Notes: a model not told the origin generated them from the sequence alone. Positions 18,880 through 27,344 are shown, numbered from the stretch's first letter. The stretch: DNA of 64,000 nt from an uncultured Actinomycetota bacterium (GCA_963844305.1 CAWJNT010000004.1:2956-66955); one strand, 5' to 3'. Made by a program: numbers and translations.

Positions 18880-19335
18880 ATGAACCCCCACGCCCTGCCC
18901 GCCACCACCCACTCCTACCTCGCGCGCGCCGCAGAGTCGCTCAGCGAGGCGATCAACGCCACCGACGTGCCGAGCCGCTACGCCTGCGCCCACGTCGCCG
19001 CGCTCCGGTCCGCCGCCGCCCTGCTGGCCGCCCGTGCCCATCCGGCGCCGGCGCGGCGCCGGCGACAGAAGAACGCCTGGGTGCTGCTCGCCGAGGTCGC
19101 GCCCGAGCTGGCGGAGTGGGCGCGCTTCTTCGCCGCGGGGGCCAACAAGCGGGCCGCGGCCGAGGCCGGCTCGACCCGCGCGGTCACCGACCGCGAGGCC
19201 GACGACCTGGTCCGCGACGCCGACAGGTTCCTCGGAGTCGTCGAGCAGGCGCTCGGCCTGGTGCCACACCTGCCGTTCACGGGGCGCGTGGCGGCCGCCC
19301 GCCCGGCCACGGGGGGCCGGGCGGGCGTGGCGTGA
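18880..19335 (+). CDS. SAV_6107-family HEPN-like domain protein
   Basis: RYACAHVAALRSAAALLAARA, NAWVLLAEVAPELAEWARFFAAGANKRAAAEAG, READDLVRDA.RFL. Confidence 0.8.
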   Translation: MNPHALPATTHSYLARAAESLSEAINATDVPSRYACAHVAALRSAAALLAARAHPAPARRRRQKNAWVLLAEVAPELAEWARFFAAGANKRAAAEAGSTRAVTDREADDLVRDADRFLGVVEQALGLVPHLPFTGRVAAARPATGGRAGVA

Positions 19336-19444
19336 CCCGCCAGCGACGTACACCGCGACGAAGACAAGGGATTTCCACGATGCCGCGTGAGCCGGGTGTC
19401 GCTAGGTTGCGGGAGTCGTTCCCGCCTCCAGATCGGACTCCTCG

Positions 19445-20620
19445 ATGTCACGCCGTCTCGGGCTGCGTCGCCGTCACGCGACGCAGGTGCTGTCCCTGCT
19501 CCTGCTCGTCCCGTTGGCGGTGCTCGCGCCGGCCACCGCGCTTCCGCCCACCACCACCCTCGCCGCGCACGCCGCCGCCACCCCCATCTCCGTCGCGTCG
19601 GCGCGCGCCACCCAGGACGGCTCGTCGGCCACCGTGCGCGGGTACGTCGTCGGCCAGCCGACCTCGTCGACCACGGTCGTCACCAGCGGCTTCCCCAACG
19701 ACTTCGCGCTGGCGCTCGCCGACACGGCCGGCACCACCGACACCAGCCGGATGCTCTACGTCCAGATCCCCAGCGCGTTCCGGTCGTCGTGGGGACTGCA
19801 GTCCAACCCCGGCCTCATGGGCCGCCAGATCGATGTCACCGGCACGCTGTCGGCGTACTTCTCCCGACCCGGGCTGACCTCCAGCAGCGCCTTCGCGTTC
19901 GCCGGCGGTGGGGGAGACCCGGGTGGCGGTGACCCCGACGGCTACTACGACGACGCCATCGGCAAGACCGGGTCGCAGCTCGAGGCCGCGCTCCACGACA
20001 TCATCTCCACCGGCGACACCCCGATCTCCTACGACGCCGTGTGGAACGCGCTCAAGGTGACCGACCAGGATCCCGCCAACAGCGGCAACGTGATCGCGCT
20101 CTACAGCGGGTTCTCGATGGCGAAAGCCAACTTCGGCGGCGGCGTCGACCAGTGGAACCGCGAGCACGTGTGGGCGCAGTCCCACGGCGACTTCGGCACC
20201 TCCACGGGTCCCGGCACCGACCTCCACCACCTGCGGCCCGAGGACGTCACCGTCAACTCCGCGCGCGGCAACCTCGACTTCGACAACGGCGGCACCCAGA
20301 ACTCAGAGGCCCCCGGCAACTACGCCGACTCCAACTCCTGGGAGCCACGAGACGCCGTCAAGGGCGACGTGGCGCGGATGGTGTTCTACATGTCGGTCCG
20401 CTACGAGGGCGACGACGGCTTCCCCGACCTCGAGGCCAACGACGTGGCCGGCAACGGCTCGGTGCCGCGTCTCGGCCGGCTCTCGGTGCTGCTGCAGTGG
20501 AACGCCGAGGACCCGCCCGACGCGTTCGAGATGCGCCGCAACGACGTCATCTACGAGACCTACCAGCACAACCGGAACCCGTTCATCGACCACCCGGAGT
20601 GGGCCGACGCGATCTGGTGA
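19445..20620 (+). CDS. Secreted endonuclease I / Bsn-like nuclease with N-terminal OB-fold-like domain
   Basis: Arg-rich signal peptide; TVRGYVVG..NDFALALAD; WNREHVWAQSHG, DLHHLRPED..NSARGN, KGDVARMVFYMSVRY, HNRNPFIDHP. Confidence 0.85.
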   Translation: MSRRLGLRRRHATQVLSLLLLVPLAVLAPATALPPTTTLAAHAAATPISVASARATQDGSSATVRGYVVGQPTSSTTVVTSGFPNDFALALADTAGTTDTSRMLYVQIPSAFRSSWGLQSNPGLMGRQIDVTGTLSAYFSRPGLTSSSAFAFAGGGGDPGGGDPDGYYDDAIGKTGSQLEAALHDIISTGDTPISYDAVWNALKVTDQDPANSGNVIALYSGFSMAKANFGGGVDQWNREHVWAQSHGDFGTSTGPGTDLHHLRPEDVTVNSARGNLDFDNGGTQNSEAPGNYADSNSWEPRDAVKGDVARMVFYMSVRYEGDDGFPDLEANDVAGNGSVPRLGRLSVLLQWNAEDPPDAFEMRRNDVIYETYQHNRNPFIDHPEWADAIW

Positions 20621-20628
20621 GACCGCGG

Positions 20629-20696
20629 TGGCCGAATCCGTCGGGCGGGGGTAACGTGGAATCTGTTCGAACACATGTTCGAACAGATTCCACGTT
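20629..20696 (+). promoter_or_regulatory. dnaE2 promoter; LexA box embedded in a perfect 44-bp palindrome
   Basis: TGGCCG-17 nt-TAACGT (20629-20657); 21-bp arms 20653-20673 and 20676-20696; TCGAAC-ACAT-GTTCGA at 20667-20682. Confidence 0.75.
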
Positions 20697-20716
20697 CGTC
20701 CACCTCAGGGGGTGTC

Positions 20717-23700
20717 GTGCCGGACCCGTTCGTCCATCTCCACGTGGCCTCCGGCTACTCCCTGCAGTACGGCGCCTCCCACCCCCACACGCTGGTCGAG
20801 CGGGCCGCCGAGCAGGAGATGGACACCCTCGCGCTGACCGACCGCGACGGCACCTACGGCGCGGTGAAGTTCGCCAAGGCATGCCTGATGGCCGGGATCC
20901 GCCCGGTGCTCGGCGTCGACCTCGCCTACCGCCAGCCGGGCGGTGAGGGTCTGTCGAGACCCATCACCTCCACCCGCACCCCCGTCCGCGGTGGCGCCTT
21001 CCGCGACCCGCGGCTGCCGCGCGCCACCTTCCTGGCGTCGGGCCGGGCGGGCTGGGCGGCGGTGTGCCGGCTGGTCTCGGCCACCCACCTCGACGGCGAG
21101 CGGGGGAGCCCGGTCGCCGACCTCGACGTGCTCGCACCCCACCTCGCGTCCGGTGACGTGCTGGTGCTGCTCGGCCCCGGCTCCGCGGTGGGCGAGGCGG
21201 CCACCCGGCGCCGCGACGACCTCGCGCTCGAGGCGCTGGCTCCCTGGCGCGAGCTGGTGCCCGCCGAGAACCTCTTCGTCGAGCTGGTCTCCCACCGGCT
21301 CCCGGGAGCCGGCGGCGACTGGGGTCCCGGCACCTCCCCCCACGCCGCCCGGATGGCCGGCGTCGCCCGCCGGGCCGGACTCGGCACGGTCCTCACCAAC
21401 GCGGTCCGCTACGCCGACCGGCTCGACGCCCCGACCGTCGACGTCCTCGACGCCGCCCGCCGGCTGGTCGCCCTCGACCGCCGCCATGTCGACCGGGGCA
21501 ACGCCGAGGGCTTCCTCAAGTCCGGCAAGCAGATGCAGGAGATCGCCGAGGAGATCTGCCGGCTGGCCGGGCTGGCCGGCGACACCGAGCGCGAGGCTCG
21601 CCACCTCCTGGCCCGCACCCGCGCCGTCGCCGACCGGTGCGCCCTCGACCCGCGCGCCGACCTCGGGCTGGGCGAGGTGCACTTCCCCGAGTTCGAGCTG
21701 CTGGTCTCGACAAGCTCGACCGACGTCGGTCGAGCTGTCGAGACCCCGACCGCCGACGTCCTGCTCCGCGCCCGCTGCGAAGGCGCGATCGGCGACCGCT
21801 ACGGCTCGGCGCCGCGCCAGCGGATCTGGAAGCGCCTCGACGACGAGCTCCAGATGATCGGCCACCTCGGGTACGCGTCGTACTTCCTCACCGTCGCCGA
21901 CGTCACCGACCTGGTCCGCGACATGGGCGTGCGCTGCGCGGCCCGCGGCTCCGGCGCCGGCAGCCTGGTCAACTACCTCCTCGGCGTCTCGGGGGTCGAG
22001 CCGCTGCGCCACAACCTGCTCATGGAGCGGTTCCTCTCGCCGCTGCGGCAGGCGCTGCCCGACATCGACGTCGACGTCGAGTCGGCCCGGCGGCTCGAGG
22101 TCTACGAGGCGATCCTCGACAAGTACGGCGGCGAGCGATGCGTCTGCGTCTCGATGATGGACAGCTACCGCGTCCGGCACGCCGTGCGCGACGTCGGCGC
22201 CGCCCTCGGCATGCCGCCGGGCGAGACCGACGCCATCGCCAAGGCGTTCCCCCACATCCGTGCCCGCGACGCCCGGGTCGCGCTGCGCGAGCTGCCCGAG
22301 CTGCGGGCCAGCGGGCTGGCGGAGGAGCGGCTCGACCTGATGTTCCGGCTGGTGGAGCGGCTCGACGGGCTGCCCCGCCACATCGCCGTCCACCCGTGCG
22401 GGGTGCTGCTCTCCGATGCCACCCTGCTCGACCGCACGCCGGTGGAGGCGAGCTACGCCGGGTTCCCGATGAGCCAGTTCGACAAGGACGACGTCGAGGA
22501 CCTCGGGCTGCTCAAGCTCGACGTGCTCGGCATCCGCATGCAGTCCTCGATGGCCCACGCGGTCGCCGAGATCCAGCGGGTCGACGGGGTGGAGATCGAC
22601 CTCGACGACGAGGACCAGGTGCCGTTCGACGACCCGGCCACCTACGACCTGATCTCCTCGGCCCGCACCCTCGGCATGTTCCAGATCGAGTCGCCCGGCC
22701 AGCGCGAGCTGGTCGGCAAGTCCGGCATCGAGAGCTTCGAGGACATCATCACCGACATCTCGCTGTTCCGGCCCGGGCCGGTCAAGAGCGACATGGTCAC
22801 GCCGTACCTCGACGCCAAGCAGGGCTGGAAGATCCCGAGCTACCTCCACGACGACCTGCGTCCGATCCTCGAGGGCACCCACGGCGTGGTCGTCTTCCAC
22901 GAGCAGGTGATCGAGATCGTCGCGTTCTTCGCCGGCATCTCCTACGCCGAGGCCGACGAGTGCCGCCGCTCGCTCGGCGACGTCGACGGCATGGCGCAGA
23001 CCAAGCTGTGGTTCTATCCCCGGCTCCTCGGGCGCGGCTACCCGCTGCCGGTCGTCGAGCGCCTCTGGAAGGTGCTCGAGGCGTTCGCGTCGTTCGGGTT
23101 CTGCAAGGCCCACGCCGCGGCGTTCGCGCTGCCGACCTTCCAGTCCGCCTGGCTCAAGACGCACTGGCCGGCGCACTTCCTGGCCGGGGTGCTCACCCAC
23201 GACCCCGGCATGTACCCCAAGCGGCTGATCCTCGACGACGCCCGCCAGTTCGGCATCGCCGTGCTCGGGCTCGACGTCAACGCCTCCGGCAAGGAGTACG
23301 CCGTGGAGAAGGTCGGCGAGGAAGGCGAGTACGGCATCCGGCTCGCGCTGGCCGAGGTGAAGGGGATCAGCGAGGCCGAGGTGGACCGGATCGTCGCCGC
23401 CCGCCCGTTCCACTCGCTCACCGACCTCTGGCACCGCGCCCAGGTCTCCCGGCCCGTGCTCGAGCGGCTGGTCCTGGCCGGGGCGTTCGACTCGGTCTAC
23501 GGCATCGGCTCCTCGGTCGGCGTCCGCCCGCGCCACCAGGTGACCCGGCGCGACCTGCTGCTCCAGGTGGCCGAGCTCGACCGGCACGCCCGGGCGGTGG
23601 AGCGGGCCGGCCGGGGTCGCGGGCTGGCCGGCCGCAAGGCCTGGCAGGTCGCGGGACAGCGGGCCACCACCCCGGCCCAGACCCGCGCCGCCGACGCCGC

Positions 23701-24664
23701 CGCCCGCAACAGCACCGACCCCCGCGACCGCGCCGACGCACCCGAGCTCGAACGCCACCCGCTCGCCGACCAGGGCGTGTGGGCGAAGGCCGCCGCCCAG
23801 TCGAAGGCCACCAGGACACCCCGGCCGGTGACCTCGGTCCAGCTCACCCTCGACCTCGGCGACGAACCCGGCGAGGGCCCCGGCGAGCTGGCCAGCGGCC
23901 TGCCCGAGATGAGCGACGAGGAGCGGATGAAGGCCGAGCTGGAGATCCTCGGCCTCGACGCCAGCCGCCACGTCGTCGACACCTACGCCCCGTTCTTCGA
24001 CGCGATCGGCGTCACCCGCAGCAAGGACCTCCTGTCCCGGCGCAGCAAGGCCGAGCTGCTGGTGGCGGGCGTCAAGGTCGCCACCCAGACCCCGCCGATC
24101 CGGTCCGGCCGCCGGGTCATCTTCCTCACCCTCGACGACGCCACCGGACCGGTCGACGCGACGTTCTTCGAGGACGTCCAGGGTCCCTACGCCGCCACGG
24201 TCTTCCACTCCTGGCTGCTGGTGGTGCGCGGCGAGCTGCGGCGTACCGGCCGGCGCGGGGTCTCCCTCCGCGCGACCGGCTGCTGGGCGCTGCCCGACCT
24301 GTACGCCGTCTGGAAGGCCGCACCCACCTCGGCCGACGGCGTCCGCATGGTGCGCGAGCTGATGGCCGTGGTCCCCGAGGGCTTTGCCGACATGGGGGCG
24401 GGCGTGGGGGAGGAGGCCGTCGCCGGCGCCGCGGAGTCGCGGTCCACCCGGCCGGTGATGAGCAAGCCCGCCCCGGATCGGCAGAGCCCGACGCAGCAGG
24501 ACCCGGCCGAGAAGGGCGCCGCGGGCGGCATGGGCCGGCGGCGGGTGCTGGTGCACTCCAGCGGGTTCAAGATGTCCCCCTACTCCGACATCAAGCCGGC
24601 CGGCGAGGACACCAAGGACGTCGCCCGCAAGCTGTGGCACCGCAGCCCGGGGAGCGCGGGATGA
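20717..24664 (+). CDS. dnaE2: Second Pol III alpha, error-prone DnaE2 type
   Basis: RGSGAGS, LPDIDVD, KLDVLG, SLFRPGP, FGFCKAHA, OB fold VIFLTLDDATG, C-terminal KLWHRSPGSAG; PHP ligands degenerate; AGGGGG RBS before GTG 20717. Confidence 0.88.
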   Translation: MPDPFVHLHVASGYSLQYGASHPHTLVERAAEQEMDTLALTDRDGTYGAVKFAKACLMAGIRPVLGVDLAYRQPGGEGLSRPITSTRTPVRGGAFRDPRLPRATFLASGRAGWAAVCRLVSATHLDGERGSPVADLDVLAPHLASGDVLVLLGPGSAVGEAATRRRDDLALEALAPWRELVPAENLFVELVSHRLPGAGGDWGPGTSPHAARMAGVARRAGLGTVLTNAVRYADRLDAPTVDVLDAARRLVALDRRHVDRGNAEGFLKSGKQMQEIAEEICRLAGLAGDTEREARHLLARTRAVADRCALDPRADLGLGEVHFPEFELLVSTSSTDVGRAVETPTADVLLRARCEGAIGDRYGSAPRQRIWKRLDDELQMIGHLGYASYFLTVADVTDLVRDMGVRCAARGSGAGSLVNYLLGVSGVEPLRHNLLMERFLSPLRQALPDIDVDVESARRLEVYEAILDKYGGERCVCVSMMDSYRVRHAVRDVGAALGMPPGETDAIAKAFPHIRARDARVALRELPELRASGLAEERLDLMFRLVERLDGLPRHIAVHPCGVLLSDATLLDRTPVEASYAGFPMSQFDKDDVEDLGLLKLDVLGIRMQSSMAHAVAEIQRVDGVEIDLDDEDQVPFDDPATYDLISSARTLGMFQIESPGQRELVGKSGIESFEDIITDISLFRPGPVKSDMVTPYLDAKQGWKIPSYLHDDLRPILEGTHGVVVFHEQVIEIVAFFAGISYAEADECRRSLGDVDGMAQTKLWFYPRLLGRGYPLPVVERLWKVLEAFASFGFCKAHAAAFALPTFQSAWLKTHWPAHFLAGVLTHDPGMYPKRLILDDARQFGIAVLGLDVNASGKEYAVEKVGEEGEYGIRLALAEVKGISEAEVDRIVAARPFHSLTDLWHRAQVSRPVLERLVLAGAFDSVYGIGSSVGVRPRHQVTRRDLLLQVAELDRHARAVERAGRGRGLAGRKAWQVAGQRATTPAQTRAADAAARNSTDPRDRADAPELERHPLADQGVWAKAAAQSKATRTPRPVTSVQLTLDLGDEPGEGPGELASGLPEMSDEERMKAELEILGLDASRHVVDTYAPFFDAIGVTRSKDLLSRRSKAELLVAGVKVATQTPPIRSGRRVIFLTLDDATGPVDATFFEDVQGPYAATVFHSWLLVVRGELRRTGRRGVSLRATGCWALPDLYAVWKAAPTSADGVRMVRELMAVVPEGFADMGAGVGEEAVAGAAESRSTRPVMSKPAPDRQSPTQQDPAEKGAAGGMGRRRVLVHSSGFKMSPYSDIKPAGEDTKDVARKLWHRSPGSAG
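21703..21745. repeat. REP-like hairpin inserted in frame within dnaE2
   Basis: ggtctcgacaagctcgaccgac / gtcggtcgagctgtcgagacc: inverted repeat with a single 1-nt bulge; encodes VSTSSTDVGRAVET. Confidence 0.7.
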
Positions 24665-24683
24665 TCTCGCTAGGGTTGCCTCC

Positions 24684-25445
24684 ATGCCGCCCTCAGGCTC
24701 CAGCAGCGTTCCCGCCACCGAGCGCCGCAGCGCCGCCCGCACCGCCGTGGTCTGGGAGGCCCTGCGCCCGGTCCTCGACGGCCTGGTCGACGAGCAGGGC
24801 GGCGACGTCCTCGACATCGGCGGCGGCACCGGCGGCTTCGCGGTCCGGGTCGCCGAGCTCGGTCACCGGGTCCGGGTGGTCGACCCCAGCCCGGACGCCC
24901 TCGCCGCCCTCGACCGGCGTGCCCGCGAGAGCGGTGTCGCCGGCGTCGCCGAGCGGGTCACCGGCCAGCAGGGCGACCTGTCCACCCTGCTCGACGTCGC
25001 CGACCCGGCCAGCACCGACCTGGTGCTGTGCCACGGCGTGCTCGAGGTCGTCGACGACCCCGCCGCCGCGCTCGCCACGATCGCCGAGGTGCTGCGTCCC
25101 GGCGGCGTGCTCAGCCTGCTCGTCGCCCAGCGGCACTCCGCGGTGGTGGCCCGGGCCATGGCCGGCCACTTCCAGCAGGCGAAGGCGCTGCTCGACTCCA
25201 CCGACCCCCACGGCCGGGCCGGGCGCCGGTTCACCCGCGAGGAGCTCGAGGCGCTGCTCCCGGCCGCCGGCCTCACCCCCACCGCGGTGCACGCCATCCG
25301 GGTCTTCGCCGACCTCGTGCCCGGCTCCCTGCTCGACCTCGAGCCCGGCGCCACCGCCGCCCTGGTCGAGCTCGAGCAGGCCGTCGCCGAGCGCCCCGAG
25401 TACCTCCCGCTCGCCGCGCAGATGCACGTCATCGCCAAGCGCTGA
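24684..25445 (+). CDS. Class I SAM-dependent methyltransferase
   Basis: VLDIGGGTGG, VVDPSPDAL, DLVLCHGVLEVVDDP, LRPGGVLSL; TAGGGT -10 lies 7 nt before the ATG. Confidence 0.88.
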   Translation: MPPSGSSSVPATERRSAARTAVVWEALRPVLDGLVDEQGGDVLDIGGGTGGFAVRVAELGHRVRVVDPSPDALAALDRRARESGVAGVAERVTGQQGDLSTLLDVADPASTDLVLCHGVLEVVDDPAAALATIAEVLRPGGVLSLLVAQRHSAVVARAMAGHFQQAKALLDSTDPHGRAGRRFTREELEALLPAAGLTPTAVHAIRVFADLVPGSLLDLEPGATAALVELEQAVAERPEYLPLAAQMHVIAKR

Positions 25446-25465
25446 CCCACCCTCCGGCGGCCGCC

Positions 25466-26665
25466 ATGGCTGACCGGTCCCGGCACTGCCCGATCCTGCA
25501 CGTCGACATGGACGCGTTCTATGCAGCCGTGGCCGTACGCGAGCGCCCCGACCTGCTCGACGTGCCCCTCGTGATCGGCGGCGGGTACCGCGGCGTGGTG
25601 CTGTGCGCCAACTACCACGCCCGCGCGTACGGCGTCCGGTCCGGGATCCCGATGACCCGCGCCCGGCGGATGTGCCCGCAGCTGGTGGTGGTCCCGCCCG
25701 ACTACGACACCTTCGAGCAGGTGTCGACCTCGGTGCGCGAGACCTTCCGCCGGGTGACGCCGCAGGTCGAGGTGCTCTCGCTCGACGAGGCGTTCCTCGA
25801 CGTGCGCGGGTCGGTCCGGCGGCTGGGCACACCCCTCGAGATCGCCGAGCGGCTGCGCGCCGTCATCCACGACGAGCAGGGCATCACCTGCTCGGTCGGG
25901 GTGGCGGCCTCGGTGTCGGTGGCCAAGCTCGCCAGCAGGCGGGCCAAGCCCGACGGCGTCATCGTCGTACCCCCCGAGACCATCACCTCGTTCCTCCACC
26001 CGCTGGACGTCGGCGAGCTGTGGGGAGTGGGGGAGAAGACCCAGACGATGCTGAACCGGCTCGGCCTGGTCACCGTCGGCGACGTCGCCCACACCCCGCT
26101 GCGCACCCTCCAGCGCGCGGTCGGCGACCACCTCGGCGGCCATCTCCACGAGCTGGCCTGGGGCACCGACCGGCGCGAGGTCGCCGCGGGGCGCGGTTTC
26201 TTCGGCCGGGGCGAGGGCGAGCCCGACAAGTCGATGGGTGCCGACGAGACCTTCGGCCGCGACACCGACGACCGCACCGTCATCCTGCGCGAGCTGCTGA
26301 AGCTCACCGCCAAGGTCACCGGCCGGATGCGGGTGGCCGGGGTGGCCGGCCGCACCATCACGATCAAGGTCCGCTTCGCCGACTTCACCACCATCACCCG
26401 CTCCCGGACCATCCCCGAGGCGACCGACGTCACCCAGGAGATCTACCGCACCGCCACCGCCCTGTACGACGCCCTCGGGCTGCAGCGCGCCCGGATCCGG
26501 CTGGTCGGGGTCCGGGTCGAGGGGCTCGTGCCCCGCACGACGGTGCACCGCCAGCTGGTGCTGGGGGAGCCCGAACACGGCTGGTCCGACGCCGACCGCG
26601 CGGTCGACCGGGCCACGCTGCGGTTCGGGTCTGCCGCCGTACGCCCGGCCAGCCTGCTCACCTGA
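25466..26665 (+). CDS. dinB: DNA polymerase IV (Y-family)
   Basis: HVDMDAFYA, CANYHARAYGVRSG, SLDEAFLD, AKLAS..AKPDG, LWGVG, RLVGV; clamp-motif-like QLVL; tail RFGSAAVRPASLL. Confidence 0.92.
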   Translation: MADRSRHCPILHVDMDAFYAAVAVRERPDLLDVPLVIGGGYRGVVLCANYHARAYGVRSGIPMTRARRMCPQLVVVPPDYDTFEQVSTSVRETFRRVTPQVEVLSLDEAFLDVRGSVRRLGTPLEIAERLRAVIHDEQGITCSVGVAASVSVAKLASRRAKPDGVIVVPPETITSFLHPLDVGELWGVGEKTQTMLNRLGLVTVGDVAHTPLRTLQRAVGDHLGGHLHELAWGTDRREVAAGRGFFGRGEGEPDKSMGADETFGRDTDDRTVILRELLKLTAKVTGRMRVAGVAGRTITIKVRFADFTTITRSRTIPEATDVTQEIYRTATALYDALGLQRARIRLVGVRVEGLVPRTTVHRQLVLGEPEHGWSDADRAVDRATLRFGSAAVRPASLLT

Positions 26666-26814
26666 CCCGCCCCGACCGGGCACCCGAGACCGACTCGTGA
26701 CGCTTCCCGCACGAATTTCTGCCAACCCGGCTACCGCCGTGCCCGCCTGCTGCCTAGACTTGTGGCACCCACACCTGTGGGATCGTTGTCTCGACCCGAC
26801 CTGCTGGAGGCACA

Positions 26815-27255
26815 GTGCCACTCTCCGAGGAGGAGTTGCGACTGCTCGAGCAGATGGAACGCGCCCTCGTGGAGGAGGACCCCAAGCTCGCCTCCACGCT
26901 CCGCGGCACCACCTTGCGCAGCGCCGCACGCCGCCGCGCCATCGCCGCGGGAGCCTGCTTCATCATCGGCGTCGTGGTCTTGATGACCGGCGTCATCAGT
27001 GAGCTCCCCGTCGTCGGCATCGCCGGCTTCGTCATCATGCTGGCCTCCGCCACCTTCGGCCTGGCGCAGCTGCGCGGCCAACGCGGCTCCTCCAGCCAGC
27101 CGGCCGCCGGCGCCCCGCAGGGCAACGGGTCGACCGGATTCACGCTGATCCACGGCACCGGCGGCGGCCGCACCCGCAAGCCGCGCCGCACCTCCGCCTC
27201 GTTCATGGACCGCATGGAGGAGCGCTGGCGGCGCCGCCGCGAGCAAGGCTTCTGA
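26815..27255 (+). CDS. DUF3040-family small membrane protein
   Basis: MPLSEEELRLLEQMERALVEEDPKLA, two TM helices, FMDRMEERWRRRRE. Confidence 0.88.
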   Translation: MPLSEEELRLLEQMERALVEEDPKLASTLRGTTLRSAARRRAIAAGACFIIGVVVLMTGVISELPVVGIAGFVIMLASATFGLAQLRGQRGSSSQPAAGAPQGNGSTGFTLIHGTGGGRTRKPRRTSASFMDRMEERWRRRREQGF

Positions 27256-27263
27256 GCCAGCAC

Positions 27264-27344
27264 GTGGTTTCGAGACGGTCATTCGCGACGGTCGCTGCGC
27301 GACCTCGCTCAGCACAAGCGCAGAGCGACCTCCTCGACCACCGA
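27264..27344. repeat. Nested or compound actinobacterial REP-like element
   Basis: gtggtttcgagacggtc ... ggtcgctgcgcgacc ... gcgacctcctcgaccacc; same GGT(T/C)TCGA...CTCGACC ends as the element in dnaE2. Confidence 0.6.

Noticed and set aside
18880-19335. HEPN gene as a toxin-antitoxin or anti-phage system
   Set aside because: There is no RxxxxH motif and no MNT or other defence partner; the context is SOS/polymerase genes.
10587-20620. Barstar as cognate inhibitor of the secreted nuclease
   Set aside because: The nuclease is endonuclease I/Bsn-type (His-Me finger), unrelated to barnase, and lies 8 kb away.
20705-24829. 1374-aa minus-strand ORF, and similar giants at 55204-59808, 27700-30711, 21637-25473, 44313-47054 and 34997-37477
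   Set aside because: These are antisense or alternate-frame shadows of well-supported genes. High GC3 suppresses stops, and the translations are Arg/Gly/Ala/Pro-rich without motifs.
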